Shown: positions 39,690 to 50,217, counted from the first letter of the stretch. The stretch is 64,000 nucleotides of DNA from Deltaproteobacteria bacterium (GCA_040218735.1 JAVJQW010000023.1:256001-320000); one strand, 5' to 3'. Made by a program: numbers and translations. Notes: generated by a model not told the origin, from the letters alone.

Positions 39690-40874
39690 ATGTCGAAGAA
39701 GACCGTCCTGAACGCCGCGTTGCTGATCGGCAGCATGGCCATCGCGTTCGCCGTCGCGGAGGCCGGCCTGCGCGGCTACCGCAAGATGCAGCACCGCTAC
39801 TCCGCCGAGAACGCGCAGAAGCGCGCGCACGGCTGGATCCGCGAGAAGAGTCAGGACGCCTTCGACCGCGAAGGTGAGTTCTACGGGCGCTGGGACGAGT
39901 TCGCGAAGATGCGCTACAGCGCGTACCTCGGCTACTGGCCGGCGAGCGGCGTCACCGGCAACGGCTACGTCACGAACGCGCAGGGCTTCCGCAACGTCGA
40001 CGACGTGGCCCGCGAGAAAGCCGACGGCGAGCTGCGGGTCTTCGTCACCGGCGGCTCCACCGCGTGGGCGGCGGGGGTTCGGCAAGAGGACACCTACGCC
40101 GTCGCCCTGGAGGGGATGCTCCGCGAACGCCTCGGCAACCCGAACGTTCACGTGTTCAACGCGGGCGTCGGCGCGTACCTGTCCACGCACGAGCGCATCG
40201 TCGTCACGAACAAGATCGCGCGCCTCGAGCCCGACGCCGTCGTGCACCTGTCGGGGTGGAACGATCCCTACGCCGGCTACCGCGGCTACTCGGTGATGGA
40301 CGACCGCTGGGACTACACGAGCTCGGCCGCGGTCCTCGGCACCTACCACCGGCTCTTCGTCTACGACGCCGACAGCGCGAGGATGATGGACCCGGGGCCG
40401 CCGAAGCCGCACGAACACGGCCTCGCCACGTTCTACTACCTGGATCAGATCTACTACGCGAAGCGCCTCGAGGCGGCGCGCCGACCGCACCAGGCCGTGG
40501 TCGACGACTTCGTCGAGAACCTGAGGCTCGCGAAGGCTGCGGTCGCGGACGACGTCCCCTACGTCCTCGCGCTGCAACCCACCCTCTACGCGACGGAGAA
40601 GAAACTCACCGAGTGGGAGCAGCTCCTGGTCACGAAGAACGAGGCCGCGACGCCCGCCTACGGTCAGTACAACGCGCGGGTCTACGCGCTGTACCGCGCG
40701 CAGCTCCCCGACGCGATGACCGCGTTGGGCATCACGTACACGGACACGGACGGCGCGATCGCCCCCGAGCCCCGGTCGGTGTTCACCGATCACGTCCACT
40801 TCGGCGACCGTGGCAATCGCCTGCTTGCGGAGCGCCTCGCCCAGGTCCTGGAGCCCGTCCTGAAGGCCCGGTGA
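39690..40874 (+). CDS. Membrane-anchored SGNH/GDSL hydrolase-like protein
   Basis: N-terminal TM with AEAGLR; NAQGFR, GGSTAW, NAGVGAY, GWND, DHVH motifs. Confidence 0.8.
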   Translation: MSKKTVLNAALLIGSMAIAFAVAEAGLRGYRKMQHRYSAENAQKRAHGWIREKSQDAFDREGEFYGRWDEFAKMRYSAYLGYWPASGVTGNGYVTNAQGFRNVDDVAREKADGELRVFVTGGSTAWAAGVRQEDTYAVALEGMLRERLGNPNVHVFNAGVGAYLSTHERIVVTNKIARLEPDAVVHLSGWNDPYAGYRGYSVMDDRWDYTSSAAVLGTYHRLFVYDADSARMMDPGPPKPHEHGLATFYYLDQIYYAKRLEAARRPHQAVVDDFVENLRLAKAAVADDVPYVLALQPTLYATEKKLTEWEQLLVTKNEAATPAYGQYNARVYALYRAQLPDAMTALGITYTDTDGAIAPEPRSVFTDHVHFGDRGNRLLAERLAQVLEPVLKAR

Positions 40875-40908
40875 CGAACGCTTGCCTCACCGCTCGGGGT
40901 GCAAGAAG

Positions 40909-42069
40909 ATGCGCGCCGTCCCGGGTCTGGCCTTGCGCATCCGTCACCAAATCACCGCGATCGCGAGCGTTTTCGTCCTGTTGGTGGCCGGTGAGCTGCA
41001 CGCGGAGAACCGCGTCGCGTCGAACCTGAGCCTGTACACGGACGACGACGCCACGGACGTCGTCACCAGCGTCACGCGCATCAGCGCGGACCCGTGGGAA
41101 GGCGGCACGATCGAGGCGAGCTACCTGATCGACATCATCTCCAGCGCGTCGGTCGATCTCGTCAGCAGCGCGACGGGGCGCTTCGACGAGAACCGCCACG
41201 CGCTCGGCGGCGCCGTCACCCACGCGCTCGACGGCAAGAGCTTCAACCTCAACTACGGGTACAGCCAGGAGAACGACTACGTCGGGCACGGCATCGGCGC
41301 GGGTGCGAACTTCGAGCTCGCGGAGCGGAACGCGACGCTCGGCGTTTCGTATGCGCTGGAGCTGTCGCAGATCGGGCGCGCCGACGACCCGACGTTCGAG
41401 GAAGGCCTCACCACCCACGCCATCGATGTGAATGGATCGCAGATCCTCACGCCGTGGCTCGTGGTCAACGGCGGCTACGCGCTGGCGCTGCAGAACGGGT
41501 ACCTGGCGAAGCCGTACCGGTACGCGCGCCTCGGCAACAACGGCATCGTTACGCAACCGGGTGCGTCGGGTTCGCTCCAGACGGAGCGGCTCTTCACGCC
41601 CGAGTCCGGCGTCCCCGAAACGCACCCGGACTTCCGCATGCGGAACGCGCTCTACGCGGGGATCAAGGCACACCTCGTGCGGGAGACGGCGGCGGAGCTG
41701 CGCTATCGCTTCTACGTCGACAACTGGGCGCTCTCCGGCCACACGATCGAAGCGCTCGGACACCTGGGCTGGAACAAGAACTTCGGCGCGCGTTTGCGGT
41801 ACCGCTTCTACGCGCAGGGCGCCGCGTCGTTCTACCAGTTCGACTACGCGACGCCGCAGCGTTACATGACGCGCGACCGTGAGCTGTCGCCGCTGACCTC
41901 GCACCTCGTGGGCCTCAAGTTGTTTGCGCGCGTCGAGGACCTCGGGTTCCTGTCGGCGCTCGGGATCACCGCGAAGGCCGACCTCTTTCGCTACGACTAC
42001 TCCGACTTCCCGCTCCTGCCGACGCGGCAAGGCTTCGTCCTCGAGACCGGGGTGGAGGCGGTCTTTTGA
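40909..42069 (+). CDS. DUF3570 family outer-membrane beta-barrel protein
   Basis: IDIISSAS, SQENDY, GYLAKPYR, E.HPDFR.R, YRFYVDNW..GHT, RYRFYAQGAASFY; terminal Phe. Confidence 0.82.
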   Translation: MRAVPGLALRIRHQITAIASVFVLLVAGELHAENRVASNLSLYTDDDATDVVTSVTRISADPWEGGTIEASYLIDIISSASVDLVSSATGRFDENRHALGGAVTHALDGKSFNLNYGYSQENDYVGHGIGAGANFELAERNATLGVSYALELSQIGRADDPTFEEGLTTHAIDVNGSQILTPWLVVNGGYALALQNGYLAKPYRYARLGNNGIVTQPGASGSLQTERLFTPESGVPETHPDFRMRNALYAGIKAHLVRETAAELRYRFYVDNWALSGHTIEALGHLGWNKNFGARLRYRFYAQGAASFYQFDYATPQRYMTRDRELSPLTSHLVGLKLFARVEDLGFLSALGITAKADLFRYDYSDFPLLPTRQGFVLETGVEAVF

Positions 42070-42542
42070 AGCGAATCTTCCCGCTGCTGCTCCTCGCGGC
42101 CTCGTGTATCGAGAACGAACCCGTCACGCTCGGTGACGTGAACTTCGATACGTATCGGTGCCAGGTGCAGCCGATCATCGACGCCAAGTGCTCGATGCTC
42201 GCGTGCCACGGCGACGTCCGGCGCCCGTTTCACTCGTTCACGCGTAACCGGATGCGGCTCGAGGGGAGTGACATCCAGCGCGACCTCCCGCTCACCCAGC
42301 GCGAGCTGGATCTGAACTACGCGAGCGCGCTCGGCTTCGTGACGGACGATCCGGACGTGTCCTGGCTGCTCCTCAAGCCGCTCGACTCCGACGCGGGCGG
42401 CTACTACCACCGCGGCAAGGAGATCTTCGGCGGCCCCGACGTCTTCAGCGACACCGAGGACCCGGACTACCAGATCATGCGCAACTGGCTCGCGGGCGCC
42501 GAAGAAGACCCCGCGTGTGTGTACCCGGGGACGGAGGGCTGA
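42066..42542 (+). CDS. Small lipoprotein with CX4CH motif (putative atypical c-type cytochrome)
   Basis: Lipobox AASC; VQPII...CSMLACH; LLLKPL...YH; YQIMRNWL. Confidence 0.65.
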   Translation: MKRIFPLLLLAASCIENEPVTLGDVNFDTYRCQVQPIIDAKCSMLACHGDVRRPFHSFTRNRMRLEGSDIQRDLPLTQRELDLNYASALGFVTDDPDVSWLLLKPLDSDAGGYYHRGKEIFGGPDVFSDTEDPDYQIMRNWLAGAEEDPACVYPGTEG

Positions 42543-42543
42543 C

Positions 42544-43275
42544 GTGAAGTATCTGCTGCTCGCCCTCGCGCTGCTCGCTTCGACGCCCGCGTACGCGTTC
42601 CACACCGACGAGACGTTCGAGGAGAACGCCGCGGCGGGCGGTGCGAGCGGGATCTATTACACCGGCTCGCCGCGCTCGCGCGCGTGGGACTGCACGGCGT
42701 GCCACCTCGACCCGCCGGGGGCGGTGTCGTTCACGCTGTCGGCGTCGCCGCGCACGTTGTTCACCGAGATGCGTTACACGCCGGGGGAGACCTACCAGAT
42801 CACGGTGGGGTTCCTGAACGAGTCGAAGGGGCTGGAGGCCTCGGCGAACTACAACTCGTTTGCGTTGGAGATCCTCGACCCGGAGACGATGCCGGTCGGT
42901 GGGTTCTTCGGGTTCGACGAGGCCATTGTCTCGACGATCGGCAACGGCGGTGTGTTGTTCGCTATCGGCCAGAAGAACCTGAACCTCATCGAGTGGCGGT
43001 TCTCATGGCAGGCGCCGATGGACGGGCCGGACTACCTCGACTTCTACCTCGCGGGCGTCGACGGTGACGGCGCGAGCGACGCGATGGTCGCGTCGTCCAA
43101 CCCGGGCAACGACGACGTCGTGACGGGCGCGCTCCGCATCGCACGGGACGGCGCGACGCCCCCGCCGCCGATCCCACGCACCGGCGTGTCCGGGAGCGGC
43201 TGCACGACGGTCGCCAACGACGCGTCGCTGTTGTGGCTCCTGCTCCTGCTCCCCCTCGTGCGAAGGATCCGATGA
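42544..43275 (+). CDS. Secreted CXXCH protein with Reeler-like domain and MYXO-CTERM-like tail
   Basis: Signal peptide; TGSPR...CTACH; YTPGETYQITV; WRFSWQAP; FYLAGVDGDG; GSGC...LLWLLLLLPLVRRIR; GTG 42544. Confidence 0.68.
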   Translation: MKYLLLALALLASTPAYAFHTDETFEENAAAGGASGIYYTGSPRSRAWDCTACHLDPPGAVSFTLSASPRTLFTEMRYTPGETYQITVGFLNESKGLEASANYNSFALEILDPETMPVGGFFGFDEAIVSTIGNGGVLFAIGQKNLNLIEWRFSWQAPMDGPDYLDFYLAGVDGDGASDAMVASSNPGNDDVVTGALRIARDGATPPPPIPRTGVSGSGCTTVANDASLLWLLLLLPLVRRIR

Positions 43276-44465
43276 CCAAACCCATTCACGTCGGCGTCGA
43301 TGCCACCACCTGGTGGAACGACCGCGGCTTCGGCCGCTTCACCCGCGAGCTCCTCATCGCGCTCCTCGAGCGGGAGGACTCCGGGTTCGAGTACACGCTG
43401 GTCGTCGACCGCAAACCCGACGGCGCGTTTCCGAAGAACGCGAAGGTGATGTCGGTCGACACCGCGAAGAACCTCGACGAGTCCGCGGTGGGTGACACGT
43501 CGCGGAGCCCGCTCTACCTGTTCAAGCTCGGCGCGGCGCTGCGCCGGCAGAAGTTCGATCTGTTCTTCTACCCCGCAGTCTACTCGTACTTCCCGATGCT
43601 CGCGCGGATGCCGTGTGTCGTCTGCTATCACGACACCACGGCCGAGCGGTTCCCGAAGCTGATCTTCCCGACGACGAAGAACTACCGGCTGTGGCAGGCG
43701 AAGACCTTCCTCGCGCGCGCGCAGACCACCCGCGCGATGACGGTGTCGCAGGCGTCGGCGGGCGACCTCGAGCAGATCCTCCACTTCTCGCGTAACAAGA
43801 TCGACGTGGTCACCGAGGCCGCGGACCCGGTGTTCCGCGTGACGGGCGACGCCGAGCACACCCGACGCGTCCGCGAACAACACGGCATCGGCGAGGACCG
43901 CCGCGTGCTCGTCTACGTGGGCGGCATGAACCCGCACAAGAACCTGCTCGGCCTCTTGAAGGCGATGCCGGACGTCGTGAAGAAGACACCCGACGTACAC
44001 CTCGCAATCGTCGGCAGCACTTCCGGCAAGGGGTTCTGGGACGACGTCCCCGGCCTGATGCGCTTCGTCGAAGACAACCCGCCGCTGTCGGAGCACGTCA
44101 CGTTCACCGGGTACATGAGCGACGAAGACCTCGTCGCGCTCTTCCAGACCGCGAGCGCGCTGGTGTTCCCGTCGCTGTGGGAGGGCTTCGGTCTCCCCGC
44201 GGTGGAGGCGATGGCGTGCGGCGTCCCGGTGCTCGCGAGCCGTCGCGGGAGCCTCCCCGAGGTCGTGGGGGACGCGGGCTTGTTCTTCGATCCCGAGTCG
44301 CCGTGGGCGATGTACACGACGATCACCAAGTTCCTCGAGAACGAAGAGATGCAAGAGGACTTGCGCAAGAAGGCGCGCGCGCGCGCCGAGACGTTCACCT
44401 GGTCACGCGCCGCAGAGCTCGCCGAGGTGTGCTTCAGGAAGTGCGTCCAAGATGGCCGACGCTGA
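43272..44465 (+). CDS. Glycosyltransferase family 4
   Basis: RGFGRF, YVGGMNPHKN, FPSLWEGFGLPAVEAMACGVPV, SLPEVVGDAG. Confidence 0.92.
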   Translation: MTKPIHVGVDATTWWNDRGFGRFTRELLIALLEREDSGFEYTLVVDRKPDGAFPKNAKVMSVDTAKNLDESAVGDTSRSPLYLFKLGAALRRQKFDLFFYPAVYSYFPMLARMPCVVCYHDTTAERFPKLIFPTTKNYRLWQAKTFLARAQTTRAMTVSQASAGDLEQILHFSRNKIDVVTEAADPVFRVTGDAEHTRRVREQHGIGEDRRVLVYVGGMNPHKNLLGLLKAMPDVVKKTPDVHLAIVGSTSGKGFWDDVPGLMRFVEDNPPLSEHVTFTGYMSDEDLVALFQTASALVFPSLWEGFGLPAVEAMACGVPVLASRRGSLPEVVGDAGLFFDPESPWAMYTTITKFLENEEMQEDLRKKARARAETFTWSRAAELAEVCFRKCVQDGRR

Positions 44466-45870
44466 CCAAGGCGCGAAGCGGCGGACGTTCTTCGACTTCA
44501 TCCTCCTCTCCGGCGGCGAGAGCCTGAGCAAGGTCGCCGGCTTCATCGCGTTCGGGTACCTCGGACGCACCCTCACCAAAGAAGGCTACGGGACGGTCGA
44601 GACCGCGGCGTCCTTCGTCGGGTTCTTCTCGATCATGGTCGACTTCGGCCTCGGCACGATCGGGGCGCGCGAAGCGGCGAAGGACCGGAAGGTCGTCCCT
44701 TCGTACGCGGCGTTGATCCCGGGCGCGCGGCTCCTGCTCGGCGTCCTCGCCGTGCCGGCGATGTTGTTGCTGTCGTACCTGATCGTCGAGCCGTCGGCGC
44801 GCCCGCTGGTCTGGCTGTTCGCGGCGAGCCTGCCGTTCCTGGTGCTCAACCAACGGTGGCTCTTCCAGGGCATCGAGCGCATGACCGTCGTCGCGGGCGC
44901 ACAGCTCCTGCGGATGGTCGCGTTCCTCGCCGCGGTGCTGCTCCTGGTCCGCAGCGCCGACGACCTGCTCGCGGTCGGCTACGCCGAGGTCGGCGCCGTG
45001 GCGATCATGGCGCTGTACTTCGTCGGCAACCAGCTCCGTTTCTCGATCCCGGTGCGTCTGGCGTGGCCGCGCGATCCACTGAAGGGATTGTTCTCGGAGG
45101 CGTGGTTCGTCGGGCTCGGCCAGATGGTCTGGGCGTTCAACCAGCACACCCCGGTGCTCCTCATCGCCGGGCTGGTGTCCGCGACGGAGGTCGGTGTCTA
45201 CGGCTCGGCGAATCGAATCTTCGTCTCGCTGTCGACGTTCTCGATGCTCTACCACTTCAACCTGTTCCCGACGATCTCGCGCCTGCTCGTCGAATCGAAG
45301 GAAGCGTTCGACCGCGCCATCGAGGCTTCGTTCCGCGTGACGTCGTGGGCGTCGGTCGCGGTCGCGGTCGCGTTGACGATCCTCGCGGAGGAGGCCTGCA
45401 CGATCGCGTTCGGCGCGGACTTCGCGAGCTCAGGTCCCGCGCTCGCGATCCTCGCGTGGAGCCTCCCGATCACCCTCGTCTCCGGGCACGCGCGGTGGGG
45501 TCTCGTCGCGTGTGGCCAGCAGCGGTACGGGCTCGTGGCGCAGGTCGGCGGCGCGGTCGTCACCGCGGGGCTCGGGTTCGCGATGGTCGCGGAGTACGGC
45601 GCGATCGGCGCGGCGATCACCAACGTCGTCGCGGCGTCGGTGGCGTGGGGGGTGTGCCAGTTCTACGCGGTGCGGCACCTCGGCCGCATGCCCTTCCTCG
45701 TAGCGTCGATCAAGCCGGCGGTCGCGGCGATCACGGCGCTCGGCGCCGCGCACTTCGTACCCAACCCGTGGGTCGCGACCGCGGCAGCGGCGGGTGTGTA
45801 CGTGGTGGTCGCGCTGGTGATCGAACGCGCACTGATCACCGACTTCTCGGATCTGTTGGCGCGGCGATAG
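44452..45870 (+). CDS. Wzx-type polysaccharide flippase
   Basis: YLGRTL..EGYG, DFGL..IGAREAA, WLFQGIERM, VGVYGSANRI, YGAIGAA; many TM segments. Confidence 0.85.
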   Translation: MADADQGAKRRTFFDFILLSGGESLSKVAGFIAFGYLGRTLTKEGYGTVETAASFVGFFSIMVDFGLGTIGAREAAKDRKVVPSYAALIPGARLLLGVLAVPAMLLLSYLIVEPSARPLVWLFAASLPFLVLNQRWLFQGIERMTVVAGAQLLRMVAFLAAVLLLVRSADDLLAVGYAEVGAVAIMALYFVGNQLRFSIPVRLAWPRDPLKGLFSEAWFVGLGQMVWAFNQHTPVLLIAGLVSATEVGVYGSANRIFVSLSTFSMLYHFNLFPTISRLLVESKEAFDRAIEASFRVTSWASVAVAVALTILAEEACTIAFGADFASSGPALAILAWSLPITLVSGHARWGLVACGQQRYGLVAQVGGAVVTAGLGFAMVAEYGAIGAAITNVVAASVAWGVCQFYAVRHLGRMPFLVASIKPAVAAITALGAAHFVPNPWVATAAAAGVYVVVALVIERALITDFSDLLARR

Positions 45871-45897
45871 CCACGAACGGCCGTACCCGGAGCGGGT

Positions 45898-46725
45898 ATG
45901 ATGCCGTCGTTGGCGACGCTCCCTCAGCTCCTCGACGGCCGCAGCGTCGCCGTCCTCACCGGCGCGGGCGTGAGCACCGACTCCGGCATCCCCGACTACC
46001 GGGGCCCCGCGACGCGCGACCGCGTGCGGCAGCCGATGCAGCACAAGACCTTCGTCACGAACGCCGACGCGCGAAGGCGGTACTGGGCCCGTAGCGTCGT
46101 GGGCTGGCCGCGCATCCGTGACGCCGGCCCGAACGGCGGACACGAAGCGCTCGCGCACCTCGAACGCGCAGGGCTCGTCCACGGCGTCATCACCCAGAAC
46201 GTCGACGGATTGCACCAGCGCGCCGGGAGCCGGCGGGTCATCGAGCTGCACGGCGCGCTCGCCGATGTCGTCTGCCTCGCGTGCGGGACGCGCGAGCACC
46301 GGGAGGGCCTGCAAGCTCGCTTGCTCGCGATGAACCCGGGGGCGGACCGCGCCGCGGAGGTCCACGCGCCCGACGGCGACGCCGATGTCGACGATCTCGC
46401 CGGCTTCGAGGTCCCCACTTGTCAGCTCTGCGACGGCGTCCTCAAACCCGACGTGGTGTTCTTCGGCGGGAGCGTGCCCCGCCCGCGGGTGGAAGCAGCG
46501 TACGCGCTCGTCGACGCAGCCGATGCGCTCCTCGTCGTCGGGAGCTCCCTCGCGGTGTTCTCCGGGCTGCGCTTCGTCCGGCGCGCCCACGCCGCCGACA
46601 AGCCGATCGTCATCGTGAACCTCGGCCCGACCCGGGGCGACCCGATGGCGACCACCAAGCTCGAAGCCCCCGCCACGCCGACGTTGCGAGGCTGGGCAGC
46701 TGTCCTACCCACGACGGCCGTCTGA
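45898..46725 (+). CDS. cobB: NAD-dependent protein deacylase, sirtuin class II (SIRT4-like)
   Basis: GAGVSTDSGIPDYRG, RRYWARS, TQNVDGLH, HG..C..C, KPDVVFFG, GSSL.VFSGLRF. Confidence 0.88.
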   Translation: MMPSLATLPQLLDGRSVAVLTGAGVSTDSGIPDYRGPATRDRVRQPMQHKTFVTNADARRRYWARSVVGWPRIRDAGPNGGHEALAHLERAGLVHGVITQNVDGLHQRAGSRRVIELHGALADVVCLACGTREHREGLQARLLAMNPGADRAAEVHAPDGDADVDDLAGFEVPTCQLCDGVLKPDVVFFGGSVPRPRVEAAYALVDAADALLVVGSSLAVFSGLRFVRRAHAADKPIVIVNLGPTRGDPMATTKLEAPATPTLRGWAAVLPTTAV

Positions 46726-46752
46726 TCGCGCCCACGCCGGAGTCGATGCAGT

Positions 46753-49257
46753 ATGGGGGTCATGCCTCGGAACTGGTCCCTGCTCGCGATCCTCGTCCTG
46801 GCGGGGTGTGACTGCGGCGAGGGCACGACCGACCCCACGCCGGACGGCGGGCCCGACGTCTGCGGGGCGCTCGTCGCGTGCGGCGACACGTGCTGCGAGG
46901 CCGGCGAGATCTGCAGCGCCAACACCACGTGCATCGAGGAGGCGTCCTGCACCACCGTCGTCTGCGACGGCCAGTGCTGCGACAGCGGCGAGCAATGTGA
47001 CAGCGGCGCGTGCACGATGGTGAGCTGCCCGACCGTGGTCTGTGGTCCGTCGAGCGCGTGCTGCGCCGCTGGGGAGAGCTGCATCGCCGACGTGTGCTGC
47101 GCCGCCGACAGCGTGTGCGGGTCCGCGTGCTGCGGCTCCGACGAGCTGTGCGACCAGGGCGTGTGCAAGATGGATTGCGGCAACGGGGAGGTCGGGTGCG
47201 GCGCAATGAACGAGTGCTGCGCCGCCGGTGACATCTGCTACCTCGGCGCGTGTGTGACGCCCGGCGATCCGTGCGCCGCCGCCGGCTGCGCGACGCGCCC
47301 CGACGAGGCAGCGTGCCCGCCCGGGCAGGTGTGTGATCCAGGGCTCGGCTTCTGCGTACCGCGGCAGATCGATGAAACCTGTCAGTTCATCCCGCAGGTC
47401 GGTCAGTTCGATCCGCAGCCGCTGTTCACCTGGGGCCAGCGCCGCGAGCGGACGTGCACCACGGCGACGGAGTGCCAGACCGCGGAGACATGCACGCAGG
47501 GCATGTGCACGCCGACGTGGCCGCACGTCACGCCGCAGGAGCTCCCCGAGTGGTACCAGTCCACGTCGATCCCGATGGTCACCGACCTCGACGGCGACTG
47601 CGTGCCGGAGATCGTCTTCAACACGTTCCGCGACAGCGCCTTCACCACGAACGGCGTCCTGCGGGCGATCCGCGGCGACGACGGCTCGCCGGTGTGGACG
47701 GTGACCGACGAGGCCTACCGCACCGACGCCACCGCGAACCTCGCGATCGGCGACGCCAACGGGGACGGGACGGTCGAGATCTACGTCGCCGCCGCGAACA
47801 AACGCATCCTCGCGATCAACGCGGACGGCTCACCCCGCTGGACCTCCGACCCGTTCACCGGCGCCGACGACAGCGGCTCCGTCACCATCGCGAACCTCGA
47901 CGGCCTCGGGGACGCGGAGCTCGTCTTCGGCTCCGCAGTCTACGACGCGCAAGGTAGCTTGCTCTTCGAGGGGGCCGCCGGCCGCGGCATCGCGGGGCAG
48001 GGGCCCATCGCCTGCATCGCGGACCTCGATGGCGACGACCGCGCGGAGCTGATCGCCGGCCAGACGATCTACGAGTTCACCGGCACCGTCGCGGGTGGCG
48101 ACTTCGCGGGCGCCGTTCGAATGACCTCCACCGCGCCCGACGGTTACTGCGGCATCGCCGACCTCGACGGGGACATGGCCCCGGAGATCGTCCTGGTCGC
48201 CGGCGGCACGGTGTACGTGCTCGCGGGGCAGACGGCCGCGGTGCGTGCGCAGCTCGCGATCCCCGGCGGTGGCCAAGGCGGCGCGCCGAACATCGCCGAC
48301 TTCGACGGCGACGGGACGCCGGACATCGGTACCGCGGGCGCGAGCAACTACGTGGTCATGCGCTTCGCCAACGACGCGCTGACGTTGCTGTGGCAAGCGC
48401 CGACGGAGGACGACTCGTCCTCGCGCACGGGGTCTTCGGTGTTCGACTTCGACGGCGACGGCCGGAACGAGGTCGTCTACAACGACGAGGAGTACGTGCG
48501 CATCTACCCGGGTGTGGAGCCCGACTGCCTGCTGACGCCCCCCGGCGCGGGGTGCGACGGCGTGATGAACGACGACGAGATCCTCTTCCGCGATCTGTCC
48601 TCGTCACGCACGCGCACCGAGTACCCGGTCATCGCGGACATCGACGGCGACTTCAAAGCGGAGATCGTCTTCTCCACGAGCAATGAGGCGGGGTTCCTCG
48701 ACCCGATGCTCGTCGCCGACGCGGGCATCGAAGTCTGGCGCGACGCGCTCGACAACTGGGTCGCGACGCGCCCGGTGTGGAACCAACACGCGTACCACAT
48801 CACCAACGTCGGCCTGCTCGGCGAGGTCCCCGTCGTCGAGATGCCGAGCTGGCGGACCTTCAACAGCTACCGCCGCAACGCGCAGGGCGAGCGCGACACG
48901 TTCTGTGCGCCGAACCTCCGCATCGTGGAGCCGAAGGTCGATCCGCTCCAGTGCCCGGACCTCGTCTTCACCGCGTTCGTCGTGAACGAAGGTTGCCTCG
49001 GCGTCGGGCCGGGGGTGTCCGTCGCGCTCTACGACGACGAGGGCAACTTCCTCGGCAACACGACCACCACGACGGCGATCGCCCCCGGCGCCGCCGCGGC
49101 GGTGGAGATCCGTTTGGAGAACCTCGGCGTGTCGTTCTCGTTCGAGGTGAACGCGGTGGTCGATGACGACGGCATGGGCAACGGCGCGAACAACGAGTGC
49201 GAGGAGGACGACAACACCTCCGACACCGTGGTCGCGGAGTGTGAGACGGGCGTCTGA
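46753..49257 (+). CDS. Cys-rich FG-GAP/VCBS repeat lipoprotein with C-terminal CARDB-like domain
   Basis: Lipobox LAGC; CG..CC..GE.C repeats; DLDGD/DFDGDG repeats; D.SS.RTGSSVFDFDGDG, WNQHAYHITNV; NECEEDDN. Confidence 0.85.
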   Translation: MGVMPRNWSLLAILVLAGCDCGEGTTDPTPDGGPDVCGALVACGDTCCEAGEICSANTTCIEEASCTTVVCDGQCCDSGEQCDSGACTMVSCPTVVCGPSSACCAAGESCIADVCCAADSVCGSACCGSDELCDQGVCKMDCGNGEVGCGAMNECCAAGDICYLGACVTPGDPCAAAGCATRPDEAACPPGQVCDPGLGFCVPRQIDETCQFIPQVGQFDPQPLFTWGQRRERTCTTATECQTAETCTQGMCTPTWPHVTPQELPEWYQSTSIPMVTDLDGDCVPEIVFNTFRDSAFTTNGVLRAIRGDDGSPVWTVTDEAYRTDATANLAIGDANGDGTVEIYVAAANKRILAINADGSPRWTSDPFTGADDSGSVTIANLDGLGDAELVFGSAVYDAQGSLLFEGAAGRGIAGQGPIACIADLDGDDRAELIAGQTIYEFTGTVAGGDFAGAVRMTSTAPDGYCGIADLDGDMAPEIVLVAGGTVYVLAGQTAAVRAQLAIPGGGQGGAPNIADFDGDGTPDIGTAGASNYVVMRFANDALTLLWQAPTEDDSSSRTGSSVFDFDGDGRNEVVYNDEEYVRIYPGVEPDCLLTPPGAGCDGVMNDDEILFRDLSSSRTRTEYPVIADIDGDFKAEIVFSTSNEAGFLDPMLVADAGIEVWRDALDNWVATRPVWNQHAYHITNVGLLGEVPVVEMPSWRTFNSYRRNAQGERDTFCAPNLRIVEPKVDPLQCPDLVFTAFVVNEGCLGVGPGVSVALYDDEGNFLGNTTTTTAIAPGAAAAVEIRLENLGVSFSFEVNAVVDDDGMGNGANNECEEDDNTSDTVVAECETGV

Positions 49258-49299
49258 CGTGGCGCGGCGCTTCGATCGCTGCTAACTCCCGTCCCGACG

Positions 49300-50217
49300 G
49301 TGCGCGACGCGAGGACCAGCATCGAGCGAGCCCTCTTCTTCGGGCTACCCGCGTTCGTCCTCGTCGCGAGCTACGTCGCCGTCGCGATCGACACCGGACA
49401 CGCCTGGGCCTGGATGCAGATCGCCCACGAGTCCGGCGACAAGACCCTCCTCGACACCCTGCTGTACTTCGACCACGCCGCGCGCGAGCTGCCCGGCGAC
49501 CTCGTGCTCGGCGTCGCGGTGGCCGGCGCGATGATCGCCCAGGGTCGTCGATCGAACCGCGCCGACACGCCGATGCTCGGCGCGTGGGTCGCGGTCGTGC
49601 TCGTCATCTTCGTGGGCTCCGCGTCGAAGGTCGGCGTCGACGGTCTGGTCGCCAACCTCACGCAGATGTACACCCGCCCCGGCGCACCGCCGGACTGGGG
49701 CGCGCACTGGCGCTATCACTTCCTGTCGCGGCTGGGGCTCATACTCATGTGCTGGTGGGCGGTGGCGCTGCACCGGTGGTGGTTCCGGGAGGCGGCCGAC
49801 CGTCCGTCGCGTCGTCCGTACGTCATCGCGCTCGTGGCGTTCGGTGGTTTGTCGCTGGTGTTCATCCCGACGCTGGAGCCGTTCTTCGAGCCGCGCTTCC
49901 TCGGGCACCAGGCGCGCGAGGCCATGACCCACGCGATCGTCACCGTGCCGCTCGCGCTCGGCCTCTGCTACGCGCAGTCCGAACGCGGTGGGACCGAAGC
50001 GCGATCGAAGCTCGGGCCGATCGCGATCGTGATGGCGCTGTCGGCGGCGTGTGTCGTTTACGTCGGGCTCGGCGCGGTGCTCATGGACGCGAGCGGCGAC
50101 GCGCAGAGCAAGAACCCGGTGCGCCTCGTCGCGACGCACTTCTACGAGCACGGGTTCACGTACCTCGTCACGCCGTTCTTCGCCGCGTGGCTGCATCGGT
50201 TGTGGTCGAAGTCGTGA
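49300..50217 (+). CDS. Hypothetical multi-pass membrane protein, His-rich
   Basis: About 8 hydrophobic segments; overlaps start of downstream GT4. Confidence 0.65.
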   Translation: MRDARTSIERALFFGLPAFVLVASYVAVAIDTGHAWAWMQIAHESGDKTLLDTLLYFDHAARELPGDLVLGVAVAGAMIAQGRRSNRADTPMLGAWVAVVLVIFVGSASKVGVDGLVANLTQMYTRPGAPPDWGAHWRYHFLSRLGLILMCWWAVALHRWWFREAADRPSRRPYVIALVAFGGLSLVFIPTLEPFFEPRFLGHQAREAMTHAIVTVPLALGLCYAQSERGGTEARSKLGPIAIVMALSAACVVYVGLGAVLMDASGDAQSKNPVRLVATHFYEHGFTYLVTPFFAAWLHRLWSKS

